A stretch of 64,000 bases of DNA from Eledone cirrhosa (taxonomy: Eukaryota). Location of the stretch: NCBI GenBank assembly GCA_964016885.1, contig OZ024740.1:310000001-310064000 (forward strand), given 5' to 3'. The notes beneath the pieces were generated by a model, which saw only the letters and a list, made by a program, of their open reading frames with translations, did no database searches and had not been told where the DNA came from. Every line of letters begins with the position of its first letter. The first letter of the stretch is position 1. A program made the position numbers and the translations under genes. Positions 38,706-52,957 of the stretch are shown here, piece by piece.

Positions 38706-39440
38706 CTATTCTAGTTTCACGCAGGCACCATTTTTCCATCCAGAATTCGAAGCAGTTGTGTCGAAGACCAAGCCCACCACAGACCCATCAACATTCCAAT
38801 ATTTAACAAGATCAGATGATGCTTTGGCTTGGGTGGTTCCAGTGCCATCGGGAATTATGGGAACACCGAGGTGTTTACCCTCTCTGAAGTCCGGAGTTCC
38901 AGCAACTAGCACGCCTAGCCTCTCGTGGTCACCAGGAATTATTTTGCCATCCCAATGTAAGGTAACACAGTCTGGTACAGCAAATTGTTCCTTTATGTGT
39001 TCAGCCCCCACAGTTCTGATCTTCTTAGCTGCACGTCTGCTACTATTCTTGGAGAGAGTTATAACGTCTATGTCAGTCCCACCCTCAGAAATAATCGATG
39101 CCATAAATGCTGTTCTCTGGCCCAGTGTCAGGTTTAAACGATCAGCCATTAGATACATTTTTGGACTTTGAAATGGATTCTTTGGGAGTTCCAGCTGGAT
39201 TTTTCGCTTCTTGTCTGACTTTGAGCTGTCTCTGGGTGGGTTTGAGGCATGAAATTCATTGTTTGAACTTGAATCACTCAGTTCATTACGTGGAAGTTGT
39301 GCTGCTACAGATCCTGACAAACGCTTTCTATGGTCCTCTGACTCTCGACCACCCACAGAAACCTGATCACACATAAACTTTGAAGATACCTTTTTCTGAT
39401 AACCCTTGTCTTCAGTACCCAGAGATACTTTTTTTCTGGC
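38706..39440 (-). pseudogene. hAT-superfamily-like transposase fragment
   Basis: LHWDGK, ERLGVLV, LGVP..PDGTG and FDTTASNSG..NGAC motifs. Truncated before the CxxH motif. Confidence 0.7.
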
Positions 39441-39501
<61 letters not shown>

Positions 39502-39733
39502 ACACATATATATATATATAACATACTACTAATTCTGAATAAAATTATTATTGCTTTTGAAAACACCTGGTGATATGCATATAAGTACATATTCTCTTTA
39601 TCTGATATTTTGTAACTAACCTTACATAGATCTATAACGGAGTATAGCTACAATGTATTATCATCACCTAGAAACGATCGTACAGCAGTGAAGTATATCT
39701 CTAATGACTTGATTTTTTATTTCATTGTTTTAA

Positions 39734-39776
<43 letters not shown>

Positions 39777-39828
39777 CGGCGATGAATTAGTTTTGCGAGG
39801 TGTTTGATATGAAATCGTGTGTCGAAAC

Positions 39829-40098
39829 AAATATTGTTATACTTGGGGAGGGTCATATTTGTGTAATATTGCCAGAATTAACTTTGATAAACTATATATA
39901 TGTGTTTGTGTCTATATTGTATCTGTATTATTTTTGACCGTTGGTCAGTCAATGGCAACATTGAGGACCGAATAAATTAGATTACCGATATAAAAGACAC
40001 AGAAGCGAAAAGCGAAAACCAACCAAACAGTAAGTGTGTTCTGTTATTAATTCTGGCAATATTACACAAATATGACCCTCCCCAAGTATAACAATATA
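39829..40098. repeat. Fold-back repeat, same family as 44757-45250
   Basis: atattgttatacttggggagggtcatatt...gccagaattaa is inverted at 40047-40098. Confidence 0.85.
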
Positions 40099-40158
40099 TA
40101 TATATATATAAATATACAATATATTAACAAATGGAAACTATATTTATAAAACTATATT

Positions 40159-40224
40159 TATTTCATTATACATATTTCAAGGGCCACCAAGGCAGATTAT
40201 GGTGCGCTTTCATCAGATAAAATA
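40159..40224 (-). ncRNA. Type I hammerhead ribozyme
   Basis: CTGATGA, stem II aag-c-g-cacca/tggtg-g-c-c-ctt, GAAA, self-complementary stem III AUAUGUAU, AUA triplet and an 8-bp stem I. Homologs at 50194-50258 and 50395-50459. Confidence 0.7.
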
Positions 40225-41016
40225 TAATATAGATTAGTTTTGTAAATAAATATTAACATACATTGAAAAATGCAACCTTCACGGTTGGAGTCTCCCGGAT
40301 ATATATATTTATATAATTGATTAAATTTCAATTTTTGTATGTTCTGAAATATTTATACGCCTAATATATGTATGTATATTTATATACACATTAGTACATT
40401 CTCAGTTACCCCCTCCGTACTTATACATATACAACTATATCTTACATTTCGGCTTCTAGCACATTTCTTATTATATATATATATATAAGTAGAATCCCAG
40501 ATTTTTTAGACCTTATTATAATGATGAAAGTAGCCATAATATCTCAAAGTCATTTACATTTATATGACATTGCGAACCATATAACTTCCGATACTAAAGA
40601 AGGAAAGGTCTGCGCGGCTAATACACCCACTAAAATAGCAGGTACATTGCTCTCAAATTCGTATCTGCTGGTTAAAAAAACAACGAAGAAGACATTGAAC
40701 AATATTTGGTAAAGGATGGCTAAAAGAAAAACTAAACGCATACGCAAACATACCTACACGCACATGCGCACAACAGCGCACTCAACCACATACAAACACA
40801 TACACCCTATACGAATACACCCCCACCCACATACACACATACACACACACACTCACACCTATATATATATATAAATATAAATATATATATATATATGTAT
40901 ATATATAGTATATATATATATATATATGTATATAAATATATATATAAATGTATACATATATATATATATGTATATATAAATATATATATATACATATACA
41001 AACATACATATACATT

Positions 41017-41114
<98 letters not shown>

Positions 41115-41660
41115 TATATATCAGAAATCTGTGAATTAAATATTTGAAATGTATTCGATAATGTACCATTTCTATTGCCAGTCGTTATATATGCTACATC
41201 AAAACAAGTCGAAAGTCGTCGGCAAACACGTCAAGACTTTAGAGATGGAAAAGTTGGCTGATTCCTGAATCTACTGCTACTTACATTACTTGGTTCATGT
41301 TGCTGTTGTAATCACACTGTCAATGCACGAGATATATCGATAATGTTCTTGAAATCTTGCCAATAGACAACTGATATAAAATCAAGTAGCTCAAATCACA
41401 GTTGCCAATCCATTAGTTGTCTTCTCCAATGTTTTGACCTTGTAACCTATGTTAGGAATGATACAGTAGAAGGTGTGATTAGGAGATGCATGTTAGGTGA
41501 GTAACGTTAAACCGAGATAAGTGTAGCCTAATTACAATGAAGTAGAAACCAACGCACGAGTAAGTGGGGATATATATATATAAATACAATATATACTTAC
41601 CATATATATATAAGTATATATATTTATATATATATATATATATATATAGTACCATACATG

Positions 41661-42252
<592 letters not shown>

Positions 42253-42254
42253 AA

Positions 42255-42620
42255 TTATTATTGGAAGTTTTCTCTGCACCCACTATCCTGTCTTCACGCT
42301 GGGCGGTTCCATCGACATGCCGTTCTGGATAACATAACCCGAAGGAGCCTTGCTGCGGCTGACTTCCTGTAGCAACTAGAGTCATCTGGCTTCGTAGCAA
42401 TGGCAATCGCCCTGACGGGATAATTCCCTTGTCGCTTCGACTGCAAGACCAGGCATGGCCACTCGTGGTGTAGAGTATAGGACATTTGACAGATATCTGG
42501 GTTTAATAGACCACTTCTTTTTCATGTTGGTTGCCGTCGAGACTTCAGGCGTCCTAGGCCCCTGATCTACCATTTTCTGTCGCAAAAGCGGGAAAATGGC
42601 AGTCCGACATGCAATGACAA
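42255..42620 (+). pseudogene. CRE-clade-like non-LTR endonuclease fragment
   Basis: HPLSC..AGRFHRHAVLDNITRRSL...LESSG..SNGNRPDG fits the HxLSC/GRxxRH/LEP/RPDG restriction-like pattern. Confidence 0.55.
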
Positions 42621-43575
42621 GTATTAAAAATAACACTGCCCCTTTGAAACACAAAACACACCAAATGGTGATTGGTATAATTTACTTAACACATTTGCAT
42701 TTGAAATAATATTTAAAATGAAAATGTATTAGTTATTTTCAGATATAATGTAAATGATCTGGGTTTTTAAGCAGTATGAATATAATAAACTTATCTTTCC
42801 ATACATATTTTCTAGAGAATGCAATTCAAAACATATAATATGTTTTTGAAAAAACATCCGTCTACTTTAGTAGTGGATGAAATTTCTGATGAAAATCTTC
42901 AACAAACTTATGAAGTTTCACAACAAATGTATAGTAAAAATGAATATTGAAAATCCTCTATATACAACATAGAGAAATAAAATAAACACAATGTTCCTCT
43001 CCTTGTCTAAGTATATCAGGCTTTGTTAGGTTCAAAGATATATTTTGGCGTAGTTAGAAGTGGTACACGAGAACATTTTAATTGCTTTTCGATAGAATAT
43101 ATTACGAAAGCAGTGTTGAAGAGGAAAGTTGTTTTAATAAGCTTAAAGAATCTCTCCCTATTGTAGAAGTACCTGCTCTATTCTCAGTATCACGGGCAGC
43201 GGAGCGTATTGGCTCATCGAATCGGGTCTTCATTTGGACCACGGCGTATTATGGGGCTTCCTCACCTAAACTCTGTTTGTTAGCTGATAGCAGAGCAATT
43301 CTCAAGCACATAAGATATTTGCTTTCCGCAGGTGAGAATTTCTATTGATCAGCGAGGAGCATTGTCCCATTCGGTTTGTGGTTAACATAGCAAAGGTAAA
43401 AATTCACATGAAGGAAATTGGTGTTGCTAAATTAAGTTTGAATTCTGGATTCGATTCTGCGACTCTAAATAATTTTTGGGGATACATTCGTGCAAAGTTA
43501 ATGTAGCTGAGATTATAGCTAGTGAGTCTCACTAACTCATCCTCTCAAAGGGTTGGGGTACACATATACCCATCC

Positions 43576-43645
<70 letters not shown>

Positions 43646-43737
43646 AATAGAATGAAACGAAATTTCATTTGTCACTCTTAGTACGGCACTTACTTAAATG
43701 TAAGTATGTATGTATGTATACATATATGTATGTACGT

Positions 43738-43805
<68 letters not shown>

Positions 43806-43809
<4 letters not shown>

Positions 43810-44560
43810 CCCATCATCTCTGTTCTCCTGGTCATTCTTCCGTACATGTCTCAGTCCTGGGTGTCCTTTTACATCATGGATCACAGGCCTCGCGCACCAG
43901 GACTGAACTGTGTCTGATTCACCGCCTTGGGTCCTATTACCCCCTTGGACTCAACTTACCTCCCCTATTTCTTTAATACCCAGTCCATTATCACATGCGC
44001 TTGTACATTCACCCTTAGATTCCTATCGCTCTCTCATGATCATACATATCTTTTCTTACAATTAATACAGACCGACTATATATGCTCACTCCACTTTTCC
44101 CTTGAATGCTCTGTATACACAAATACACACCCTTATATTAACATACTTTTGCTCATGGCTTCGTACTTACATGCACACACACTATTTTACTTACATATGC
44201 ATATATATTTCTTCTTAGCTTCGTACGGACGTATACTGAGACGCACAAACACGCACACATGCTTACGCACCTGCACAAGTATAGCTCTTTTTACTAAATG
44301 TCTTTTTTTCCATTTCAGGTGGATGCGCTCCAGCATCCACTTTTCTAAAAATTAAATCATACACAAAACGGCAGCACCAAGTTTTCCAGGAGATGTCAAC
44401 ATGAATGGACCGGTTATTTTTATCTAAATACATTTTTTTCCAATTCCAACCCAACCGTCCACTCAATCTATCTTATTTCTCATTCTTTCTTCTGATGAAG
44501 GACTAACGTCCGAAACGTTAAGACCCTCTTCCTGCTATTTCAAGCGTTAACCTAATATAT
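43806..44560 (+). mobile_element. Penelope-like element 3' fragment (GIY-YIG C-terminus, 3' UTR, hammerhead)
   Basis: [11 protein letters not shown]...RTRTELCLIHRLGSYYPLGLN matches the PLE endonuclease end (HF..H...R...E..LI..LGT..P.GLN). Begins at a (TA)n tract. Confidence 0.8.
44488..44523 (+). ncRNA. Minimal type I hammerhead ribozyme
   Basis: tctt-CTGATGA-a-ggac-taac-gtcc-GAAA-cgtt-aaga. Perfect stem II, loop-less palindromic stem III (ACGT) and a 4-bp stem I. Confidence 0.8.
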
Positions 44561-44612
44561 TCCTTCCATATACTGTACCGATTGTGTTGTTATTGTGTTG
44601 TTATAACCTTTT

Positions 44613-44643
<31 letters not shown>

Positions 44644-44655
44644 CACACACACACG

Positions 44656-44693
<38 letters not shown>

Positions 44694-44711
44694 CATACAC
44701 ACACACACACG

Positions 44712-44756
<45 letters not shown>

Positions 44757-44762
<6 letters not shown>

Positions 44763-45250
44763 ATACTTGGAGAGGGTGATATTGTTGTAATAATATTGCC
44801 ACAATTAATAACAGAAGACACTGACTGTTTGGTTGGTTTACGCTTCTGTATCTTTTATATCAGTTAATTCATTCGGTCATCAATGTTTACCAAGAACAGA
44901 TATCTACGCCATCTTTTCTTGAAAAGATGGCGTAGATATACAATACAACAGGAGAAACATAATACCACCACTGACGATGTTGCAGATGTGCAACGAAAGA
45001 ACTTTGTTACACTATATATATATGTGTTTGTGTCTATATTATATCTGTTGTTTTGACCGTTGCTCAGTCAATTGTACACATTGAGAACCGAATGAATTAA
45101 CTGATATAAAAGATACAGAAGTGAAAACCAACCAAACAGTGAATGTGTTCTGTTATTAATTCTGGCTATATTACTACAACAATATGACCCTCCCCAAGTA
45201 TAACAATATTTCTTTCGACAGACGATTTCATATCAAAAACCTCGCAAATA
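44757..45250. repeat. Fold-back element with ~130-bp arms, an inner hairpin and a hammerhead core
   Basis: Arms at 44757-44888 and 45078-45210. Inner hairpin at 44900-44939. CTGACGA...GAAA at 44971-44998. Confidence 0.85.
44965..45010 (+). ncRNA. Hammerhead core, stems I and III degenerate
   Basis: CTGACGA-t-gttgca-gatg-tgcaac-GAAA with a perfect 6-bp stem II. Confidence 0.55.
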
Positions 45251-45260
45251 TATACATACA

Positions 45261-45293
<33 letters not shown>

Positions 45294-47385
45294 GGTGGCT
45301 GCCAACTCGTTTTCCAGTACGGCCACTACTTTATATCCATGTAGGAGAACTCCTACCGATGCGCAGAACGAGTGTGACTTTTTAGTCCAGCCAGCGACTT
45401 GAAAACTCTGGTACAAACACTACACTTGTGACAATTACTGACACATAGTGCTGGGCCCATTGTACCATGTGACGACAAGTGCAGAGAGATCTCCAGATAT
45501 ACATACATATATACAAGCATATATGCATACATATATACATACATACATCCACTTCGTTGAACAGGTTGGTAAATTGTCATGTACATGTATACACCCAATT
45601 TGTCTTTTATTTCTACATACATTTTTATTTAATATTCAAAGGAGACTTTTAATGAAAATAGTATAGATTAGATGAGACATAGTACCTTAATCCCAGTTGG
45701 TCTATTTGCTCAATTGCTGAATTGTTAGGTTTGTTGATATGATTTTATTTCAATATCCCATGGGAATTTGCTAATAATTAGAATGGAGTACTTTATTATC
45801 AATTCTAGAAGTTCGATGCATAATTGCAGCCAAGAGAATTGATTTCTACATCATTCATTCATAAAAATAACCTACGTTATGACAGTTATACTCATTACTC
45901 ACTGCCAAATATAATATAACTGAATTTCATTCAAACGTGTTTACTTTAGATTTTTGCTCTATTAATTCTGAACATTTTGCTACCTTTTAATAAATGCTTA
46001 CGGGGATGACTGATAAACATTCATGCGTTCCATCTCTTTGATAGATGCTTCAGACATGAAAGAAGCTAATGAGATAAATCCATCTCATAAACGTCAAATA
46101 CTTTAGAACAATTGTCTAAATATATATTAATGATTTTGTGTTGTTTTCTGTAAACAAATTTCAAAATACTAATTTTGAGGAAATCTTTTACGAATAAGTT
46201 TGCATTCTGAACATAAACTCTTTTCAAATAGAAATGTGAAATTCGTATATATCAAATTATATATATATACACTTCTTCGAGTAAAATCTACTTTTGTATT
46301 AATTTTCAAATTCTAACAAAATCAATATTATGAGTTATTACTCTCAATTCATACGAATGAACAGAAAATATGACTAAGTGTGGTGAAGTTTTTCATTAAA
46401 ATATTTTGATATAATGCATGTAAGTTGCCCATATGTGCATGTGTCGTATAAAATGCAGGTATCGATTACATTGACACTGAATATCAATGTGCTGTAATAA
46501 AGTATCATATATACAATTGTTTATTTTTGTATAAGTAATATGAAGAGGGGCAACTAAAATATCTGCATATCGATGCTTCACGGTGTAAACAAATGGGGAG
46601 TTCACCAGCGGAATGTATTGGATGCTAAAAGGACAAAACAAGTATACATATTTTTCCTTTTTTGGTTTGTTTCTCGGAGGATTTGAATATTGTGTTTCTT
46701 ATCGTTTTTTAATGTTATTGTTGATCAGAATTAGTGGGTGTTTTCTCTTGATGAATATATCTTTCGTCTCCTCTAGTTTGTGGTCCCTTGTGGTTGTGTT
46801 TGAAAGTATTGTGCATTTTCGCTTAGCTAGGTTAAGTGGAATTTTGGTGGGCGTATGAATTGGAAGATCCTATGTGAAGGGGAGGTACTACTGGGGGTAC
46901 CAATGTAGTTATGAGATCACAGAACAAGGCCGAATTAATAGAGAAAATCTTTATCACAAAATTCAAACCTAGTATGTACTCACTTGCAACATAACTTTTC
47001 ACCTCTAAAGGAAGGTAGAGTTACGCGAATTGGCACATACTATACATTTTCTACACACAAGCGACAACGAACATCAGTTGTATCTTTTACTTTAGCAAGG
47101 ACAGAAGCGAGCCAAACCAATGTGGTCGAGAATTAGGATGCAGGAATTTTTACCGAGAAAAATCAATATAACCTAATAAGAAATGTTTTAATAATCCAAT
47201 AGGGAGAAAGCAGGTTTTGCTAAATATCAATTTTTCACATCAGTGCTTGTACATTTTATAAAGATCTTTTATATACATACCAGGTCTGCTTTTCAACCCC
47301 CTTTTTTTTCAAATCATTTTCCTTACATAACGTTATCTGTATGGAACGTTTTGTGACGTGCACAATGTTTTCAAAGACACGCATA

Positions 47386-47469
<84 letters not shown>

Positions 47470-47689
47470 CAGATGTACAACCCGCCCCCCATTTCCTCAC
47501 CCACACACATATATATATATCAGAATGTTGTAAGATTAAGCATTTTTATACAAATCGTGTTACATAGGTAAAATAAAAATAAAGATTTGAAAAATGCGCA
47601 TAATTTGTTTTTATCTATACATGCATGTTACGTGTATAGTACACAACGAAAACCATTCATTTTCACATGAAACAGAATAGTTTTTTTTA

Positions 47690-48995
47690 TTTGACTGGTT
47701 TCGTCTAAACAACATTTCAAAAGTTATTTCATGTCTAATATTCTAAATTTCCTTTTGTAATATTATAGTTGTTTATATTTTTGTTACAAGGGACGGAACT
47801 GGTTGTATATTTGCACCTTATGTCGAGGAACATACAATCCTTGACAAGGGACGTAACTCAGGACTGAACACATTAAAATTGTGTGCGCAAAAAATTCAGC
47901 TTTAGTCTAATTTTTTTTTTTTGCCAATGCGCTTATCATTTGGTGTTCACAACACTGATAGAATGGGAAGACATTGAAATTTGGTGAAGGTCTCTCTCTG
48001 GAAGTTGGCTAAGAGGGATATTTCTTGTGTATGGATCCCTACTTTATTAGCGGTGAACTGTCAATTTTTGTTGGAGTGTTAATCCTGTTGGCAACCCTTA
48101 CATATTAAATTGTCTGAATTACAGAAGTCATTTATAAATTTGAAAAGGGTATCTTCTTTCAAGTCGAATTCGTGGTACTCTAATAGATAGCTGTACAACT
48201 CGAAATTAGGTCAATTTCGTTTTTACACTTCATGGATTTTAATTTCATTTTATAGCTTTGCATATGTTAGTATCTTTTATAGAGACCTAATCTCGCTTTT
48301 ACCTTTTATAATTGGGTACTTTTAAAGTGGTTTTTAATGTGTATTCCCTAGTCTGATATATATGGATAATTGTATGTTTTGTTGCATTCTGTGTTCTTTG
48401 GGTAAAGGTTGAAATATATAGTATAACTTTTTTTCTGTTTTTGGTTTTGTTTCTCCGTGTACTAAGACATTAAATTATCTTGCTTTTTGAATGGTATTAC
48501 TAAATAGATTGGGCAGTGGATTGGCAGTATCGGTAGAGGGTCGGACACCATGCTTTGCAACATAGGGTTACGCCCCGTTATGGTCTGAGTTTAAATCCCG
48601 CCGAGGTTAACTTTGCCTTTCATTCTCACAGGGTCGATAAAATAAAGCACCAGTAATTCACTGGGGTAATTGCTGGCCTTATGCCAAAAGTAGAAACAAT
48701 TATTAAGTAAATTCTGGGTGCATTTTCTCTTGATAAGTATCAATTTCATTACTTCTGGTCTGTGGTATCTTGTTGCTAGGTTTAAGCAATGTGCAGATTT
48801 TCTTAGCTAAATTATGCGCAATGTTAATATGGCTATGTGTTGGATGAGAAGATGTAAAAAGGAAATATTGTCGGGAGTTAGTGGGTTTCAAATATGTCAG
48901 TCTAGCTTTATGTTTTGATTTATTATTAGTATATTCAAGAAAGTAATCTTTTCATTGCTGAAATCCATAGTGAATTGGATATTAGGGTTCATATG
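47690..48995 (-). mobile_element. Decayed Penelope-like element (RT C-terminus onward), interrupted by a SINE
   Basis: KPTNSRQYFLFTSSHPTHSHINIAHNLAKKICT is the PLE RT thumb motif. A degenerate hammerhead-like end (GAAAccagtc) lies at about 47692-47722. Boundaries are approximate. Confidence 0.65.
48512..48704 (+). mobile_element. tRNA-derived SINE
   Basis: Full head, core and tail. Further copies at 52677-52777 (+), 52991-53080 (-) and 57800-57975 (-). Confidence 0.88.
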
Positions 48996-49538
48996 TTTAA
49001 TGAGGGTTTAAAATGTTTATTGTTCTTCAATATTTTACATCCTCTGAATAAAACAGTCATACAGCTATCATTTCCAGTTTTCTTGTCTATAACAACCGAA
49101 TTCGCCTCCATACATCTGCGAGGTTCATTTGTAGATTGGAATTCATTTTATCCCATGACTAAGTTGGAGTGTGTTGGTGAAACCTTTGTAACCACAAATG
49201 TTCACTATTTTTATCGATAGGCCTTTTCCTCGCACATAAATTAATTACAATACATTCAAGGCAATATATGATGAAATATCTGTCAATATTATTTAGTAAC
49301 TAACAGAGAGAATGAGTTCAAACAGTATTTGATAGCTTTCATGTCGTATTAGTGTGGAATGATACTATATAAGTACACAACTTCCAATGTAACCATGTAA
49401 ATGTTTAAATTAACTTCAATTCAAGGGTCATTGCAGTACTAAAATTCCATTAGCCAGTAAACTAAATGGACACTTGGACTTATGAGACGCAATGTGATCT
49501 TTGTGAAGAATGTGCACCTTGTAAGCAATCAAATACTG

Positions 49539-49629
<91 letters not shown>

Positions 49630-49974
49630 GGGCATCCACTGATGAGTTATAAGAGCCCGCTTGGGTGTGGGTGTATATCTATGGATTATGTACAAGTTTC
49701 TACATAACCTGGACATTATTTATCCCAAATTGTAAAAATCTTATAACGAAACGATCGTATGGAAGGAAAGAGAGATTTATTTAATTATGTCTCATATAAA
49801 ATAATACAACCAGCTATCCACGGAATACTGTATAGTTAGCACCCCAAACACTAAATTCGGATTATACTTAGGTATATCGTAATGTTTGTTGAGTGAGATG
49901 GAGTTGGTCAGAGTATCGCTTAAAGCTTTCTCTGTTAATGTATTAAATGATATATCTAAGGCGGGTAAAATTCC

Positions 49975-50130
49975 CGAGATCCATGGACGAGTTCTCTCCA
50001 GCAGTCTCTGTCCCTCATTATCGCTGCCATATTCTGCATCTCCAACAGACCAGTGTCTGTCCTTAGGGCATCAACATATGTTAACCTTGGTCTTCCTCTT
50101 CTAGTGTGTCCATGTAGGGGCTCCCAAAGG
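49975..50130 (-). pseudogene. RTE-type LINE C-terminal fragment
   Basis: Minus strand LWEPLHGHTRRGRPRLTYVDALRTDTG...MRDRDCWR. Confidence 0.6.
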
Positions 50131-50150
50131 ATATATATATATATATATAT

Positions 50151-50502
50151 ATACGATATTAAGAAATGGAAACTATATTTATAAAACCATATTTATTTCA
50201 TTATACATATTTCAAGGACACCAAGTTAAATTATGGTGTGCTTTCATCAAATAAAATATAATATAGATCAGTTTTATAAATAAATATTGACATACCCTTA
50301 AAGAATGCAACCATTACTGTTGGAAGCTTCCAACAGTAATGGTTGCATTCTTTAAGGGTATGTCAATATTTATTTATAAAACTGATCTATATTATATTTT
50401 ATTTGATGAAAGCACACCATAATTTAACTTGGTGTCCTTGAAATATGTATAATGAAATAAATATGGTTATATAAATATAGTTTCCATTTGTTAATATCGT
50501 AT
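50151..50502. repeat. 352-bp loop-less palindrome with a hammerhead fold in each arm
   Basis: Centre GGAAG|CTTCC at 50326/50327. I count 2 mismatches and no indels over the 176-bp arms. Confidence 0.95.
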
Positions 50503-50586
50503 TTTTACTCCAAATATTTGTTGAGTGCTTTATATCAGTTATACAAATATTTGTTTGTTGTATCTCAACAATTTAAATAGAACTTT

Positions 50587-50631
<45 letters not shown>

Positions 50632-50813
50632 AAAATTTAAATTAAGGGAGTCATGTCCGAGACATGCGCCATATTCTCCGTAGAATAAGCTCAAAGATTC
50701 CAATGAATAGGGCCGAGCATTCTATATCAACTAGAAATTGATTGGCATATATATCTAAAATAAACACATGAAACAATGACAGGGGATAATTTGTAAATTA
50801 TCCAATGAGATTG

Positions 50814-51274
<461 letters not shown>

Positions 51275-51279
51275 ATATA

Positions 51280-51349
<70 letters not shown>

Positions 51350-52067
51350 TAAACGGAATAGAAAATGCTGACAAATTGTTCACAGTTGAAAAATGGTTTA
51401 ATTAGGAATAAAAGAGTATTAGTGATTGTATGGGTTAGTATTCAGTTGTGGTTTTAAGTTAATATATAATAACTTGTGTGCTACACCTCTATTCTTTTAA
51501 CTATATATATCATAAAACATGTCTATAGAATCACCAGATAAAATATATACCGTTTCCTCTCCCAATTAGAATATTTAACCATATAGAAAAAATCGATTAG
51601 ACCAAGCTATAAGAATAAAGGCTTCTATGAAGAAATCTGCGACAAATATCCCGAAAGCAGCCCTTCGCGCCGGCGGCGACGCAGTATTTATCGAGTATTT
51701 CGACAGCGTATACAAATCGCCCAGATATACAGTCAACTAAACAGAATTAGGTGTAAAATAAATTAGGAGAAAAGTGAACATATTTAGTTACCTCTACCAT
51801 GGTTACGTCCGCATTTTAAGATATCCGATAAGATCGGGCATCTAGAGCACCGGACTCTTCAGGAAGTTAGCTCAAATTTAGACAATAAATTTTCCAAAGT
51901 GATCGCGCCAAGAATACATTAAAAAATGGCTAAGAATCGTGACGTAGCAGCGGTCAAGTTAGAAAGAATGTGATTAGTTGCTTACGGCTGGTGGCCTTTT
52001 GCTAGAAAGTGCAGCACAATACAGCCAAAATTGTATCTCAGCCTAAGGGAGATTATTACATATAAAG

Positions 52068-52099
<32 letters not shown>

Positions 52100-52818
52100 A
52101 TATTTAAGATATATTTGATTTTTAATTTTTAATTTTAATTTCTAATTCTCAATCATAATTTCCACCGTGAAACCATAATACCTAGAAATAAGTATATATT
52201 CTCTTAGCCTAAGTATATATAAGCATATATTCTTCTATACTTAATTTAATGGTAGTATTGAGACGTATTGAAACTGATGCTCTCTCACCCCCACTAGCTT
52301 TCGGCCAACTGCCACTGGCAGAGTGACTATCAGTAAACTATAACCATGTGTGTTACAGACCTGGATGGGGTGATTGTTTGGTTGAGAGGGGGGGGGGGCT
52401 GCCTAGGCGAGTTTCATAGAACTTTGGGGGTAGTTGATGGTCAACTTCCTTCGGACTTGCGCCTGCGCAGACCGGTGGGGGTGAATTGGGGCTCATGGAG
52501 GAACGGGCGAAGAAGTCAAGAGCACACGCTTTGTCCGTTCCCATGTCAATTAACTTTGGATTGTTTCGGAAATATAACCTTATTATGTAAGAAGCTGTCT
52601 GATGATGTCACGGTACTGGGCTCACCGAAACGTGAGGCCACTGTCGTCATTGAAATATGTATCACAGCATTATCATTAAAGGTTAACTTTGCCTTTCATC
52701 GTTACGGGGTCCATAAATAAAGTACCATTATTGCACTGAGTAATTGCTGGCCTTGTGCCAACAGTAGAAACAATTATCATTAAAGGTCTTTAACATCTGA
52801 AACTACTTCGCTATTTCT

Positions 52819-52852
<34 letters not shown>

Positions 52853-52900
52853 AAAAGATGGAAGTCAACAGGTTGAAATTAACTTCGTTTTTCATATTTT

Positions 52901-52957
52901 CTGTTATATATATTTCGGTATTAACCATTATGCAACATCTATGACCTCATCAGACTG
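52901..52957 (-). ncRNA. Putative type I hammerhead ribozyme
   Basis: cagt-CTGATGA-ggt...acc-GAAA-tatatata-acag. Palindromic AT stem III; stem I pairs 3 of 4. Confidence 0.5.

Noticed and set aside
39441-39590. N-terminus of the 294-aa ORF 38706-39590
   Set aside because: It runs through a (CA)n tract. Only the downstream part looks like transposase.
41260-41450. Possible minus-strand exon with splice-like ends (also 21790-21960)
   Set aside because: Stop codons interrupt the candidate reading frames I checked.
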